A stretch of 64,000 nucleotides of DNA from Lingula anatina (Eukaryota > Animalia > Brachiopoda): the NCBI GenBank assembly GCA_051362555.1, contig CM120640.1, positions 25,716,225 through 25,780,224 on the forward strand. Reading direction: 5' to 3'. Shown here one piece after another: positions 50,901 to 63,994 of the stretch. The position numbers and the translations under genes were made by a program. Position 1 is the stretch's first letter. Each line of letters starts with the position of its first letter. The notes beneath the pieces were generated by a model that had not been told where the DNA came from, ran no database searches, and saw nothing but the letters and a program-made list of their open reading frames with translations.

Positions 50901-51594
50901 ATGTTGCTTCTATGAAAGGTCAAACTTATGATTACACACTAAACAGTCCTGGAATGTACAATTACATATTATTTCCCAACAAACAAAAAGTGAAGTACAT
51001 TCTTTACCCTTTGGTCTACACAATCATGATATGAAGTTTATTGTATTTTTTACTTGGTTACATTCATCTATATTAAAGCTACTGTTTTTCGACGTTCTTT
51101 CCCTGCAACATGACAGCGGGTCAAGAGTTACACAACAAATATGACGTCACTACAACGGGTTAATAGTAGTAGTTTTGACCTCATTTCACCATTTGACCTT
51201 ACACAACAAAACAACCCAATAAGAATGCATGTGTAAAGGTATCCATTTGGCTGCCAAAGGCAATTATACACACTTCTCTATTTATTCTTTATCGCTTACA
51301 AGAGTGAATATAGTTCAAATGGTACTGAACTATGCTCATTACGAAGTGCATATTTGATACCATACTGGGTTTTTATGCACTGTCATACCACCGCAACCCC
51401 AGGCAAAGTGACACCCCATCTTTCTCTCCACGCATGCTTTCAGTTTCAGTTGCCTCTAATTCACTGCCAATAATTACAGCAATACTATATCATTTATTCA
51501 GTTTGTTATAAATGTTTAAAATTTGAAAATACCAACCCGTTGGTCTGGCACTGCCAAGTTTCCTTAGGAATTGCGTGCTTCGTACGACAGCCAT
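41955..51594 (-). CDS. DyP-type (dye-decolorizing, YfeX-like) heme peroxidase with N-terminal mitochondrial-type presequence, 9 exons
   Basis: Exons 51594-51537, 49110-48920, 48459-48268, 47876-47804, 43966-43805, 43521-43448, 43001-42953, 42675-42580, 42205-41955, all phase-consistent. DyP motifs MPSTGGDIFVH, RDLSGFIDGTENP (GxxDG), TQKWIH, SSHVAR (proximal His), IVRQSMPYG (distal Arg). Confidence 0.9.
44377..45370 (+). mobile_element. HINE/Helentron-like non-autonomous element in DyP intron
   Basis: 5' AAACAAGGCAGCAAAGCTGTCAAATGTACAGAC (same sequence at ~13128-13170), internal GACCTTGA/GGTCAA motifs, 3' GGCGGA microsatellite, GTACC..GGTAC hairpin and A-rich end. Confidence 0.55.
45400..47612. 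repeat. Tandemly duplicated copy of the satellite-bearing HINE-like repeat in DyP intron
   Basis: 45560-46715 is nearly repeated at 46740-47612; same satellite unit and terminal hairpin TGTACAGACACATCTGTGTCTGTACATAAAA as at 40281. Confidence 0.7.
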
Positions 51595-51748
51595 GTCAAA
51601 AATCCGTCTCAATCTATGCGACCGCGTTTCCCCAGGCCTCTGGTTATCGTGATATGTAATAACATCACATGACTTGTCATGTGACTGATTCTTGTCAAAT
51701 CTCGAATATTATCGTTTAGACTGTTATGTAGACGCGAATGAATAGAAA
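51595..51748. promoter_or_regulatory. Bidirectional promoter shared by DyP and GrpE
   Basis: Only 154 bp between divergent ATGs; inverted E/M-box pair TCACATGAC-TT-GTCATGTGA (51665-51685); YY1-type AAAATGGCGG over the GrpE start. Confidence 0.7.
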
Positions 51749-53659
51749 ATGGCGGCGACGGGCATGTGTTCATCTATTTCGCGGCGAATTTTTTCTTCCC
51801 TTAGAACTTCTAATGGCATGTTTTCATCTAAAAACAGGTAATGTTTGTGCAAACTGCATTTACACCTATTGACAAGTAGCCTTTGGTTGATCATTAAATT
51901 AAACGGATGAAAGTTACTTCTTTTTTGTGGTGGTTTATACCGTAACACACGTGTGCCACTCGCAATGTTCAGTGTGAGTGTTTATGTAAGTTTTCGATTT
52001 AAGTTGTCTTTCTCTTGTGTTTTAATTTAGTAGTACTATTTGTTGGTTGGGATGAGGACTAGGGATCTATTGAAGGATTAGAGTCGAGGGATTAAGGGAA
52101 AGTCAGCGAGAGTAAAATTACTTTCTTCACTTTTGAAATTAAAAATCCTGATGCAATATCAAAGACTTCTTGTAGTATCTGAATATTTGCTTAGATTTTT
52201 ATATGTAACTGAAGTGAAGCTTTTGTATTAGAACATTGGTTATGGGATTCAGGTTTAAGGAATCATTGAATATGAAAAGTACTTTAAGTATGTTATTATT
52301 TATCTAATCTGTGATAGTTAGAATAAGGGTCACCACATGATTTCTTTCTAATTAAACAAGAGACTGGAAAATTTTCACACAGATAGCTACATATCTGTGT
52401 ATGAATAAACCGTTCAATTTTTTGGTTTTTTTTTTTTTTTTATTTAGATGTCCCCAGGATCGGATATCCTAGAAAAAAAGGGGAAAAGTCCTTGTTCTAA
52501 TGCATGGCATGTTTTGCCATGCGGCCTTTTAACAGCTTTTAGAAAAATTCAATTTAAAAGTTTGCCTTTACATTTTTACACTTCCAATCTTTCCTAGATT
52601 GTCAAAACAGGGTCCATGTGGTAGTACTAGCTGTTTTTAGCCATTCTTTAACACTGGTTCAGTTCTCAAAGTAGATTTGAAGCAGCATGCAATATAAAAA
52701 TCTTATGTTCTGGGGACTTTTTTATGGCAGCTTGTGCAAACAAACAACTAGCGCCACCTGTGCTCCTTTATTGTAAAGTTTGCCAAGTCAAGAAACTGAA
52801 AATAAATTTCCAAAGCATATTAACTTTGCATGTAGATTGCTGATATGCCACCGCCTGATATTGTCAGTTTTATGTATAAATTATGACTTTTTCAGACTTT
52901 ATCCAAGATTTATGTCAACGACAGCAACAGACTCTGAATCTAAACCTCCGGAGGTAGCTGAAACAACCGAGTCCAACCCACAAGAACACAGTGCATTGCT
53001 AGAAGCAAATGCAAAATTAGAGAAAGACTTAAAAGAATTGGAGGTAATCTGCATGATGCACAAATAACTATCTAATTTACATTACCAAATCCGTTTCCTT
53101 TTTATGTATAGTATGTTTCATTACTCTTGTTTACTGTAATTTTCACATCCTGCATAAAAGCAACTTGTTTTTAAATTGATTGGCATTATTTATTTTCAAA
53201 AATGTTATAAACCTTGTTATTTCACTTCAGGATAAGTATAAAAGGGCTCTGGCAGAAACTGAAAATGTACGGAACAGGATGCAGAAACAGATACATGATG
53301 CGAAGATATACAGCATACAGGGCTTTTGTAAAGATCTGCTGGACGTAGCAGATGTATTGAATAAAGCCGGAGAAGTTGTTCCTAAAGATGAAATCCATAA
53401 CGAGAATCCACACCTGAAAAACTTGTATGAAGGAGTTATTCTGACAGAAAAAGAAATGTTGACTGTGTTCCGCCGTCATGGATTGGAACAGATAGCTCCA
53501 AAGGAAGGAGACAAGTTTGATCCTTTTCTGCATGATGCACAGTTTCAGATTCCAGTGCCTAACATGGAGCCAGGAACAATAGGAGCTATTATGAAAATTG
53601 GTTACAAGTTACATGATCGCACTATAAGACCTGCTCTTGTAGGTGTGGTGAAGGAATAA
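51749..53659 (+). CDS. GRPEL1: Mitochondrial GrpE nucleotide-exchange factor (GRPEL/Mge1), 3 exons
   Basis: Exons 51749-51837, 52896-53043, 53231-53659. Presequence MAATGMCSSISRRIFSSLR; DKYKRALAETENVR, IQGFCKDLLDVAD, KFDPFLHDA, GYKLHDRTIRPALVGV. Confidence 0.95.
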
Positions 53660-55611
53660 AGATTTCGTGGTATAAAAGACATGGAACAATAATGATTTAA
53701 GACAGCGGTTTAATGACATATATATCATTTCTTAATAGTAGTTTATGTACAGGAAATTGATATTATGAGTTAAATGTTTTCCTTTCTTATTATTTAATTT
53801 GAAGTTGGCTGTATTTTTGGTTAAACAGAAATGATAAAGTCAAGCAAATGCTGGCTGATTTTTTATGCTGTACAAGTATCTTGAGCAGTATTTTCTTGTT
53901 ATATTATAACAAAGGAAATGGGAACATTGGATAGAACAGCTTTGTCGGAAATTATAACATCACAATATATATCGCAGAATTATATGAATTAAAATTTTTA
54001 ATGTGCTTAGCTTCTCTCCTGGTCATCTCACGCCCTTAAATATATATAAGCTTCTTTCCATTGTTAAATTGTTGATGGGGTTGCTATTGCTGCATCTCTG
54101 TGCCCGGATCGAGCATGGAAATGTACAATACGTGTATGACCAAGGATATGACCTACAACCTAAGAAAGTTCAATAGCAGGACAACCTATAAATTGTAATG
54201 CAAGTGGTCCTCTTCTTCGTCGAGACGTGACGTACAGGTTTATGAAAAGTATTTTAAAGGAGCAACTTTGTATCATTGCAAAATAAAGAAAATTTGATCA
54301 GACCCACGACTGTTGTAACCTGGGTTATTTATTTATTTAAAATGTATTATACAGGCCGTTGTGACTAACAAGGTGAAAATCGAATCTGGCGACCGATATT
54401 CAAGAGGTCGAACTCAAAAGACGAAAGTACGTGGAGTTCATTTATATCCCTGACATTTCTGTTTCTTTCACACACATTACACTAAAAAAACATGAACCGA
54501 TGTGCGAACTACATATCCCATTTTTTTCTATTTCGTCCCAAGTGTGCCCATGGCGCTGAGCTTACTTAAGCCCGATTCGGTCGATTTTAGTGTGCTTACA
54601 TTGGTGATACCTATACAGGAACTTGGAGCGCTGCACTTTTCAGTCATTTCATGTCGATTGTTCATAATTGGACGACTTTATTTCGCACAGAGTTTTTTGT
54701 CCTGCAAACGAGAGTGCTTTGGGCTTCTGACATGTTCTGGCACAAAAAATAAAAACGGCTATTTTGTATAACACGGTGGTGAGATTTTAGTTAATCTATC
54801 GTCATGATAAGATGTGCGAACACCATCAACGTCGCCTCTCGCTAATTCACGTGAGCACTTGTTGCATAAAAGTTCATGCACGAAAATCAAAACAATATTT
54901 ACAGACATCAAATTCAGGAGGAACTGTTATCTTGCGCCAGCTGTCACCTTGATTGATTTATCAACCTTTTACTAGGTGAATGATCCCAAAGACCATAGAA
55001 AACGACTTATTCAGAAGATCAAACTTATCTACTATAACGGAAATAAAAAAACGATCAAAATGTTTATGGTCTATATGGGGAAGCATGGCGATTTTATAAA
55101 ATGAGTTTAATACTAATTGTTATCAGGCTATCTGCGTAATGGTAGACTAGTGTATTTTGTTTTTTCTTATTTGGCTATCTGTGGTTTTTAGGTTCATTAA
55201 TCAGATCGATTGACCAATCAAGTTGTCAACCTAGCGTGCTCAAGGGGGTTGAGCTCCCAAGACGAAAGAGAAAGAACATCGAGTTTGTTAATAAACCCGA
55301 TCATGACATTGTCTCTTATACACACGGTGCACTGAAAATAATATGAGCTTACACATGCCCCGGTTTTGTTGTGTATCGAAGTGTACTGTGTGTTAAGAGA
55401 CAAAATGTCAGGATTATCAATAACCTCAACGTACTTCCGTCTTGTGAGTTCAAACCTACCTCCCCCCCCCCCCCTTGCTTGCATAATCAAGAGGATAAAG
55501 CTCCTGACCTATATTTTTATATTCAGCGGGCGACAGCTGAGAGGTACATGCAGACATATAAGAAGTCCCACCACAAGTGCATATAAGCAGTATTGATCTG
55601 GCCAAGAGCTA

Positions 55612-57143
55612 ATGCAGATGGAGTCCGTGCGTATAGTAATCGTTGGAGCCGGCGTTGCTGGGATTTCAGCAGCTAGGGAGCTGAAGAAACGGGGATTTAG
55701 AGACGTGAAGATCCTTGAAGCCAGCAACAGAGTTGGGGGCAGGGTCCTTACTAAGCAGTACGGTGAGACATAGCATAGATAACGGTGTGAGATACTCACT
55801 CACTTCACACACAAACCCAGATTAAGGTAAGGCCAGTTGACCTTACTTAATTGCCACTTTCCACTACTTACTGACTGCATAATCTGATTCATGGCCATTA
55901 CAAGGCTGATCGAGGCAGACGAGACAGTTTGTTGTCTCTTACGGAATTTGCTCTTACGGAATAATGCTTTATTGTGCAAGATTATCAGCTCTGGGATAGG
56001 TTCAAAAATATATTGGCCGCAAAAAGGCATTTATTTTTATCCCATTTTTATTTGAATGATTATATCCTTTGTCGTAAAAGAAAACTGTAGACTCATCCCG
56101 TAGCTTGAGTTTCAGACTCAACGCAGATTAGCACTTTTGCATTCTTATATATAGAAATATAAGCATGCAAATACGTGAATATTAAAAAGTGATGAAGCTG
56201 ATATAGCTGGAATAAAAGGGATCTGAAAGCGTGTAGGCCCAATTGCGAATGAAGTGCAGCCTAAACATCCACCCTCACGCGCGCAGCATTCCTCAAACTG
56301 CGTGACCAAAATCTAAAAGCAAAGCGGCAAGAGCATAATAACTTTCAAAAGCATATTTGGATGAAATCTTTTTTACCTGTAGGTATGTTGCCGAATTGTA
56401 ATCTTTTTGTTTCTTTTTTTGTGTTATTTATATGAATTATCCGCTTTTCACTTATTTTGTAGTTTGGGGCAAGAAGTTATAAAGACATACCTGAACAAAT
56501 TTTGAGTGGTGATGCAATGCTTTTCAACCCCGCTGAGAATCGTCACTATCACATCGCGTACTAGGCAAGAGCGGTGTCGGTCTGATACTGTGAAATGCGT
56601 ACTGATACACACCTTGAAAACGGGTAGTGTGGTCCGATTTACCGGTGAATTCAGGATCATTCGGTGCCGAGTCTGGTAGTTGGGTAGGCCTGAAAGAGAA
56701 GGCCTTCTCTTTATAACTTCTTGCTTGGGGTAACTGAGATTACTCGTACGATGTTTTTTAATCACCTTTTTTGTAGACATAATTCATAGGATAAGTAATG
56801 CCATAAAAAAATCACACATAAGAATATTACTTTTTTAGGCCCACACATTGTAGAGTTGGGAGCCCAGTGGATTCATGGCCAAGGTGAAAATCCCATTTAC
56901 AAATTAGCGAAAGCAAACAATTTGGTTAATGATACTGGAGATGACAGTAGCAACGAGGAAAGTGACAATGAAGCACAATACTTCACACAGGTGGGGCCTC
57001 GAGCTGGAAAGTATTTTTAAACACTAGAAATGAGAGTGTAGATGTTGTATGTTACTTATTTTTCCGAAGCAATGAAAAAACGTTCAAAAGTTTGTCCCTT
57101 TCTTCATGTATGATAATTTCAATTGTAAACTCTTCATCCTTGG

Positions 57144-57182
<39 letters not shown>

Positions 57183-60100
57183 GTGAGGAAGCATTTTACA
57201 TTCTGCTAGACCTTTTTATATTTTGGGTATAAATTTTCCTGATCGATTCTGAAATATGCAATACTCAATGATACCTACACACTGTATTTCAGTTTGGTGA
57301 ACAAATAGAAGGAAAAATAGCACGGGACGTGACCACAGTCATGAATAAATTATATATAGAAGGGGACAGGTTTTACAGGGAAGGCCTACCTGTTGACGAA
57401 GGGATGCTATCTGTTGGCAGTTTTTTCAGGAGACGCTTCTTGGATTATTTAGCAGCGTGCGACGACCAGCCAGACAGGGTGTCTTTAAAGAAAGGCGTGT
57501 TTGATTCGTATGTTCGGTTCAACATGGTCGATAATGGCTGCGACACAATGGACGAGGTCTGCATTAAACATTGGGGATGCTATCTGGAGTATGAAGGAAG
57601 CCAGCGTGACGTAGAGCTAAAGCACGGATATCAACCTGTCTTGGATCTCCTTGTGGAAGATGTCCAATCTGACTGGATACATTTCGACAAGCCAGTTAAA
57701 TCGATCCAATACAATCAGGACGACCCCGTTTCTTTGAAACAGCAAGATTTGTCATCATCTGTCAATGCAGCATCCTGTGCCAAAACGTCCCCAGTCAAAG
57801 TAGTCTGTGAAGATGGAGATGAATTCAACGCTGATCATGTCATTGTAACCTCTTCTTTGGGGTTTCTTAAAGAAAATTCGGAGTCGTTTTTTCAGCCACC
57901 ACTTCCAGGTGTGAAGACGAATGCTTTGAAACGGCTGAAGTTCGGCACGGTCAACAAGGTGTATCTTGAGTTTGAAAAACCATTTTGGGACGAGAATTAT
58001 GACATCATTTTGTGCTGGCTCGAGAACCAACCTTTCACACTCTCCTGTATAGATTCGGAGAGCATATCTGTACGTATTATGCCCATCAACATATTCTACT
58101 GTGAAATGATATTTCCTCTTCAGTCTGTGTTGAAGGGGGCGTCTCGATAGTCCGAAGGTTCATTGGTCCGAAGGTTCATTGGTCCGAAAAGTGGTAACAT
58201 TTTCATCGATTTTTTAATCAAGGGTTCATTGGTCCGAAGGTTCTATAGTGAACTTTCGGACCAATGAACCTTCGGACTATTGAACCTTCGGACTATCGCT
58301 ACGGCCCCGTGTTGAATTACATATTTTTGTATACTTTAAAGCTTGTATTTGTTTTACACTTATGCAATCTGTAAGTCCCGCGAAAAAGAAATTATTTTTG
58401 TCTGTGTCTGTGTGTTGCTGCTTGAATATATTTTTTATGTTTAGGCTAAGTGTCCTTGGTACAAAGATATTTTAAGCTTTGACGTGTTAGATAAGTTGCC
58501 CAATGTTTTGGAAATGTGGATTTCTGGGAAAAGCGCAGTTACCATGGAGACGGTGCCAGACGCGGAGCTTCAAGCGGTGGTGATAGAAATACTAAGACGG
58601 TTCACTAACAATGCTAACATTCCAAATCCTGTTAAGATGACAAGGTAAATGTATTGATCTATTACTTTTTATGCCATGATAGAAGCTCTTGCCTGTATTG
58701 GGAGAAGCATTTATTTTTGACAAAATATACATTCATGCAAAAATTTCTTTGTCTTTCAGTTTATTTGATTCGATTTTTTAACTTAAAGTTTCACTTTTTT
58801 GGTAAGAAAGTCGATATTCTGTTTAATTATTTCGATTACATAACTAATTTACATACTGATTTACATAAATAGCATCGTTGTCAACCGTGTCTTATCCCAG
58901 ATCTAATTTCAGAACTTACTGGTCCGGTACCCCATACATCCTTGGATCCTACTCCTACTTGCCAGTGGGTGCGTCTGAAAAGGATATTTGTGATTTAGCC
59001 GATCCAGTCCCTTGCCAAAAGGTAGGTCCGTGCATAAATTCTGTAGCAGGATTAAAATGATATATAGAAAAGTAAGGGCCTATCTCATGTTATTTGTACT
59101 CATAGTTTACTATTCACCATATTCATTTACTTATTTATTTACTCTAAAATACCAAGCAGCTGTGTTAAAGACGCACACTGTAAAAACAGTGCTTAGCATT
59201 TAAATACATACAACATACGTTAAGCACCTATACGCATTTAGAAATATGTGTAAAAGCTAAGCACGTATAGCTTTTCAAGCGTTTCACAGAAGAAAATGTT
59301 AGACACGTTGACAGTGTTACACGTTTAGCTATGTGCTTAGCTTCACCGATATATGGATCTATAATCAGTCTATCACAAGCTAAGCACATTGGCTAAGCAC
59401 TCCCCCTGCTAAGCGCGTGAGGCTGCTAAACATATGGAGCTGCTATAGGCGTGGAATTCCTAAACGCGTGGAGCTGCTGAACAATACCCTCTATCAAGGC
59501 CGCAGTTCTTGGGGACATTTTTTTTGCTGAGGCTACATCAGACCAAATTGACTATCTATTTATCTAGAGACATATATGTGAAAAATCAATCTGTCGCCCT
59601 GGTAGAGGGTAGCTGAAGAACAAATTTAGCTTTTCAAGCTTCTTTCAGAAGAAATAAAAATGTTTAACATTCTTAGAAGTGTCGCACTTCAGCTATGTGA
59701 TTAGTTTCACCGGTCCCATAAGTTTATTACAAGGCTCAACAATTTGGCTTAACACTTCCCCTTGTAAACGTGTGGAGCTGTTGAAGGCGTGGAGCAGTCT
59801 GCTCGAACGCTTGGTGTCCTTCTTGCAGTAACGCGTGCTTATTTAAAATAGGCCTATTAAAGATGCATACAAAGTCAATTTTTTGCTCAAAAACCAACCA
59901 AATACCAGTATATAGTTTCAAAAAGTATAATTAAGGAAATTGCCAGAAGGCATTGATTAATATTACCCAAAAAATGATATGTGAATGGATTTTTCTGTTA
60001 GCTTACTATCCTGTATATACATGGGGCAGAAAAGTAGGTCACATAAGTAGGTTAAATTTCTGACCAAAAATTTAAAGAGCAGTCTAAAGCTCTATTATGG

Positions 60101-61395
60101 CTGATCGAGTGATTTATTCAGTTTGTCCCTTGGCATATCGACTTTATGTGAGTCGTTTAAGAATCTAGTAGAGGTGGTTTATATGTGTTACTGGCAACCC
60201 ACGCTCCACCGATGCTCGATTCATATGTACCTTTAAGTAATAATCCAAATAAAAAATAACGTTTTCTCGACGTTATCAGATGGTAACATGATGGTAATGG
60301 TTTAGAAGAACATTATGGTAACGTTATGGGTGTTTTAACTCCATGCAAAATGGTGTACAGAAACGTTATAATTTGTAAAAAGATTCGAAGACCGTTTCTA
60401 CAAAATTTTATGATACATGCAACGTCATTTTGTGGATTTTTATCAGCGTGTTTATAACATTGTGGGAAAACATTTTATAATGTTTTGAAAACATTTTTTA
60501 TATAAATAACCAAAACACGTCTTATGCTGTTTGAACTACAGTTAGCGGTTAATTCCAAAATGGGCTTGGGCAAGTCGGCGACTAGAGCGGTGCAAACATT
60601 CGGACTATCGGTACCGAAATAACCAGCATGTCATGAAAGCTTAAATAAAGTATTATAATGAAAACCCCACTATCATCCCGATGTACATTACTTCCGGAAA
60701 AAAATAATAGATATCAATACCGTAACGCATATTATCAAAATATGGAGAAAGGTGTTTGAAAATAAAAATGATAGTTGTTTCGTGCCTTTAGTGAACTAGT
60801 GAATTTTCCTAACCTGCTTTTCAGAAATACATTCCAATAAACTTCCTCGCAAGGTCAGCTAATACAAGGATGAATAAATACAGCTGTAAAAAAGATAGTA
60901 GGAAGTCAACGATGTTGACAGTTCACGGTACCCTGTTATAGAAAGAGATAACTATAGCAGGTAAAGGTGACCGTGACTTCGTGTGTGTGTGTGTGTGTGT
61001 GTGAGTGTGAGTACGACTAAAACAATTGAAACACTTAGCACCTAAAAGTTAAACAAATACACCCTATATAAAGCCGTCAAACGCGTCATACTGCTAAACA
61101 CAAGCGTGTAACATGTTAAGAAGCTAAACATGTTAGGAGCTAAACGTGTGGAAAAAGTGAGACAAAACAGGCGCTTAGAAATGTGTTTAGGAGCTAAACA
61201 CTGTTTTTACAGTGCACTCGACTTGATTTAATTTTTGAATGTTTATAAACCAGTCTTTCATATTTCTAGAATCCACTGGTGCTGTTTGCCGGAGAAGCAA
61301 CAAGCCCCCATCACTTTTCAACAGTCCACGGTGCATTCTCCTCAGGTGTTCGAGAGGCGATGAGACTCAGCATCTTATATGGCGGGAAGGTCTGA
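55612..61395 (+). CDS. Spermine oxidase / N1-acetylpolyamine oxidase-like flavin amine oxidase, 6 exons
   Basis: Exons 55612-55762, 56839-56990, 57293-58069, 58445-58644, 58913(or 58901)-59021, 61270-61395. FAD-binding [84 protein letters not shown]. Confidence 0.92.
58135..58309. mobile_element. Intronic MITE with subterminal TCCGAAGGTTCATTGG repeats
   Basis: GGGGCGTCTCGATAGTCCGAAGGTTCATTGG... inverted relative to ...CCAATGAACCTTCGGACTATCGCTACGGCCCC. Confidence 0.75.
59176..61214. mobile_element. Non-autonomous CACTA/EnSpm (CMC)-type DNA transposon in the last oxidase intron
   Basis: TIRs CACTGTAAAAACAGTG(C/T)TTAGC at both ends; 2-bp TSD CA (59174-59175 and 61215-61216); many subterminal GCTAAGCAC/GCTAAACAC repeats. 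Confidence 0.8.
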
Positions 61396-62285
61396 GAGTT
61401 GCCGTAAACGGGCTCGATGTAATTTATCAAATGGCCTGAAGAAAGTATGAACTATGAAAGACAGAACTGCTATTCCTTTTTTCTTGTACACGTGTCTCAT
61501 TTAAGTCCTAAATTAAAATTGGTGTCACTGTTTCGTCAATAGAAAGAAAATGTTGCTAAAACGGTAACTTTAAGGGCCTGCCAGAACCTCTTCACATACT
61601 CTATGTTTGCTTCCTATGTATAATTCCGATTTTATTTTCTCAGAAACTGTCATCACTGATTTGAAAAAAATTCACGAAATGCTAGCCTACAATTTAAATT
61701 GAGCGGAACATGAATGAAAAACTACCGAGTAGGCCTAAATGTTTTTTGGGCTTTATGCTCGAGGAGATACCATGTAATAGTAGCCTACTTAGTGATGGTC
61801 TTTTATAATATGCAGATTCTATGATAATTGTCTCAAAAGAGAGAAAATGTAGTGGACATAATGAGATAGTCCTACTTGAAAATTAATAACGCGCGGTTTA
61901 CTTTGTGCTTATTGTTATATTAAAAAATCGATGAAAATGTTACCACTTTTCGGACCAATCTAAGATCTAATAAACAGAAAGTGGTATATTAGATCTTAGG
62001 TTATATGTACCCATCCCTACATTCAGTCCAATTGACAAAAATAGTGAAAAAGATGACAATTATTTGTGGTGGGCTCGGTTTTTTTATAAACTCTTCACAG
62101 TTTATAGTTCATTTTAAAAACGGTTAAAAAAAACGCTTCTAGAGAGAATGGAAGAAACATTCGTTTCTCCTCTAACGCATCTGCTGTTGCTCATGTGACC
62201 CTAGATTATGAACAAAATGGCGACAGTAGTCCAAATGTGTTGGAATGACTTCCTGTGCTAAGTCTGATGCATTATCAGCGTGGGT

Positions 62286-63456
62286 ATGAAAAAAGTATTA
62301 GTAAGGATGACAAAGTTATATGCCATATCTGATCTCCATGTGGATTACCATGACAACTGGGATATTATTGGAAAGTGGCATAAAGAAAAGTACGGGTCGC
62401 ACTGCTTGTTATTGGCAGGCGACGTGTCGGACAATATAAACTTGTTGGAGAAGACTCTTCGGTTACTGAAAGAGAATTTCTTCAGAGTATTCTTTGTCCC
62501 AGGTAAATGGGCAATGAAGCCTAGTCTCTCTCTCTCTCTCTCTCCTATCAGATTATATATCAGATATATACTGTCTGCAAACAGACAGTAGGCCTACATA
62601 TCAGAATCGTCAATTGGAGTGCTAACGCATGAACTTTCGTGCTATCTCTCTCCCTACCCTGCGTTAATTCAATTCTTTATTTAATGTCGTTGGTAAATGC
62701 CCTCACATTTTTTGTACTCCTATGTATGGTCTTGATTATTCTTCAGGCAATCATGACCTGTGGATTCGCAAACGAAGCAGCACCTCGGATTCCATTGATA
62801 AATTCCATCAGATTTTAGACTTGTGTAGAACTGTCGGTGTTCTAACATACCCAGAGAAGATAGCGGATCAGTTCTGGGTTGTACCGCTTTTCTCGTGGTA
62901 TACGACACCAGAAGAAAACGTCGAAGACTCCCTCTATGTAAGACCCACGCAATTTGTGGAAAATGCTGAAAAATCGAATCAAATCTGGATGGACAATCAC
63001 CTGTGTAAGTGGCCGAAGTTAGACCTCAAATCAAGATCTGAATATTTTACAAACATTAACAAGGAGAGAGTTGATAGGACTTACGATGCGCCAGTTATAT
63101 CTTTTAGTCACTTCTTACCACGAAAAGATCTTATTAAACCCGATGCAAGTGAAGAATGGTTATGTCAACAGGAACGGCTGTCCCTAGGATTGTCACCAAT
63201 TATCCCACCCGCTGAAGGGGGTGCCGTTGGGTTTAATTTCACACGATACGCCGGATGCACTACTCTGGAGTCACAGATTCGTAAGCTTGGTTCTGTATTG
63301 CATGTTCATGGACATCAGCACAGGAACCGCGACAGGGTCATTGACGGGGTGCGGTATGTTTCTCACTGCTTGGGTTATACCAGGGAACGCGAGCAAGGCC
63401 TTATGTGGGGATTACAAGAATGGGAAGCGGGCCCAAAGCAAGTGTGGCCACTGTAG
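62286..63456 (+). CDS. Calcineurin-like metallophosphoesterase (PptH/ACP-phosphodiesterase-like), 2 exons
   Basis: Exons 62286(or 62307)-62502 and 62747-63456, joined as FVP-G-NHDLW. Motifs AISDLH, LAGDV, GNHD, FSHFLP, HVHGHQH. Confidence 0.88.
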
Positions 63457-63956
63457 GCTGTTTTGTTTTGCAGTCCAGAAATGTATTTGAAGTAAAACAT
63501 TTTTCCAATCAGGGTTTGGAAAACAATCCTCGAATTATTAAGAAATGTACTTCTGCTAGGAAAGATATTTGCCGAATTTCTTCTGCAAAAGAACATAAAA
63601 AATGAAGAAAATAAAGAAATCACACAGCGACATTAAGATTCGTTCAAATGCATCAATTATATATTATGAACTATCTAAAAAGTAGGCCTTTTATACATTC
63701 ATCATAGACCGCAGACTGCATTGCATTATTGCTTAATGCCTATGATATGAATGTGGGATAATAAACATATTGTTTATGTCTGGTGTGTTTCTCTTTTTGA
63801 ATTAAAAAAATCAAAATAGATGCATGTAACCTGTAATATCTGACGATCCCCAGGAGTAAGAACCACGGGAGGGGTTTTTTTAACTACGCTAGTCATAAGG
63901 GGAATACATGTAGCTACATATTTTTCATAACAGCCTACCCCGACGTGCGTGCGATG

Positions 63957-63994
<38 letters not shown>

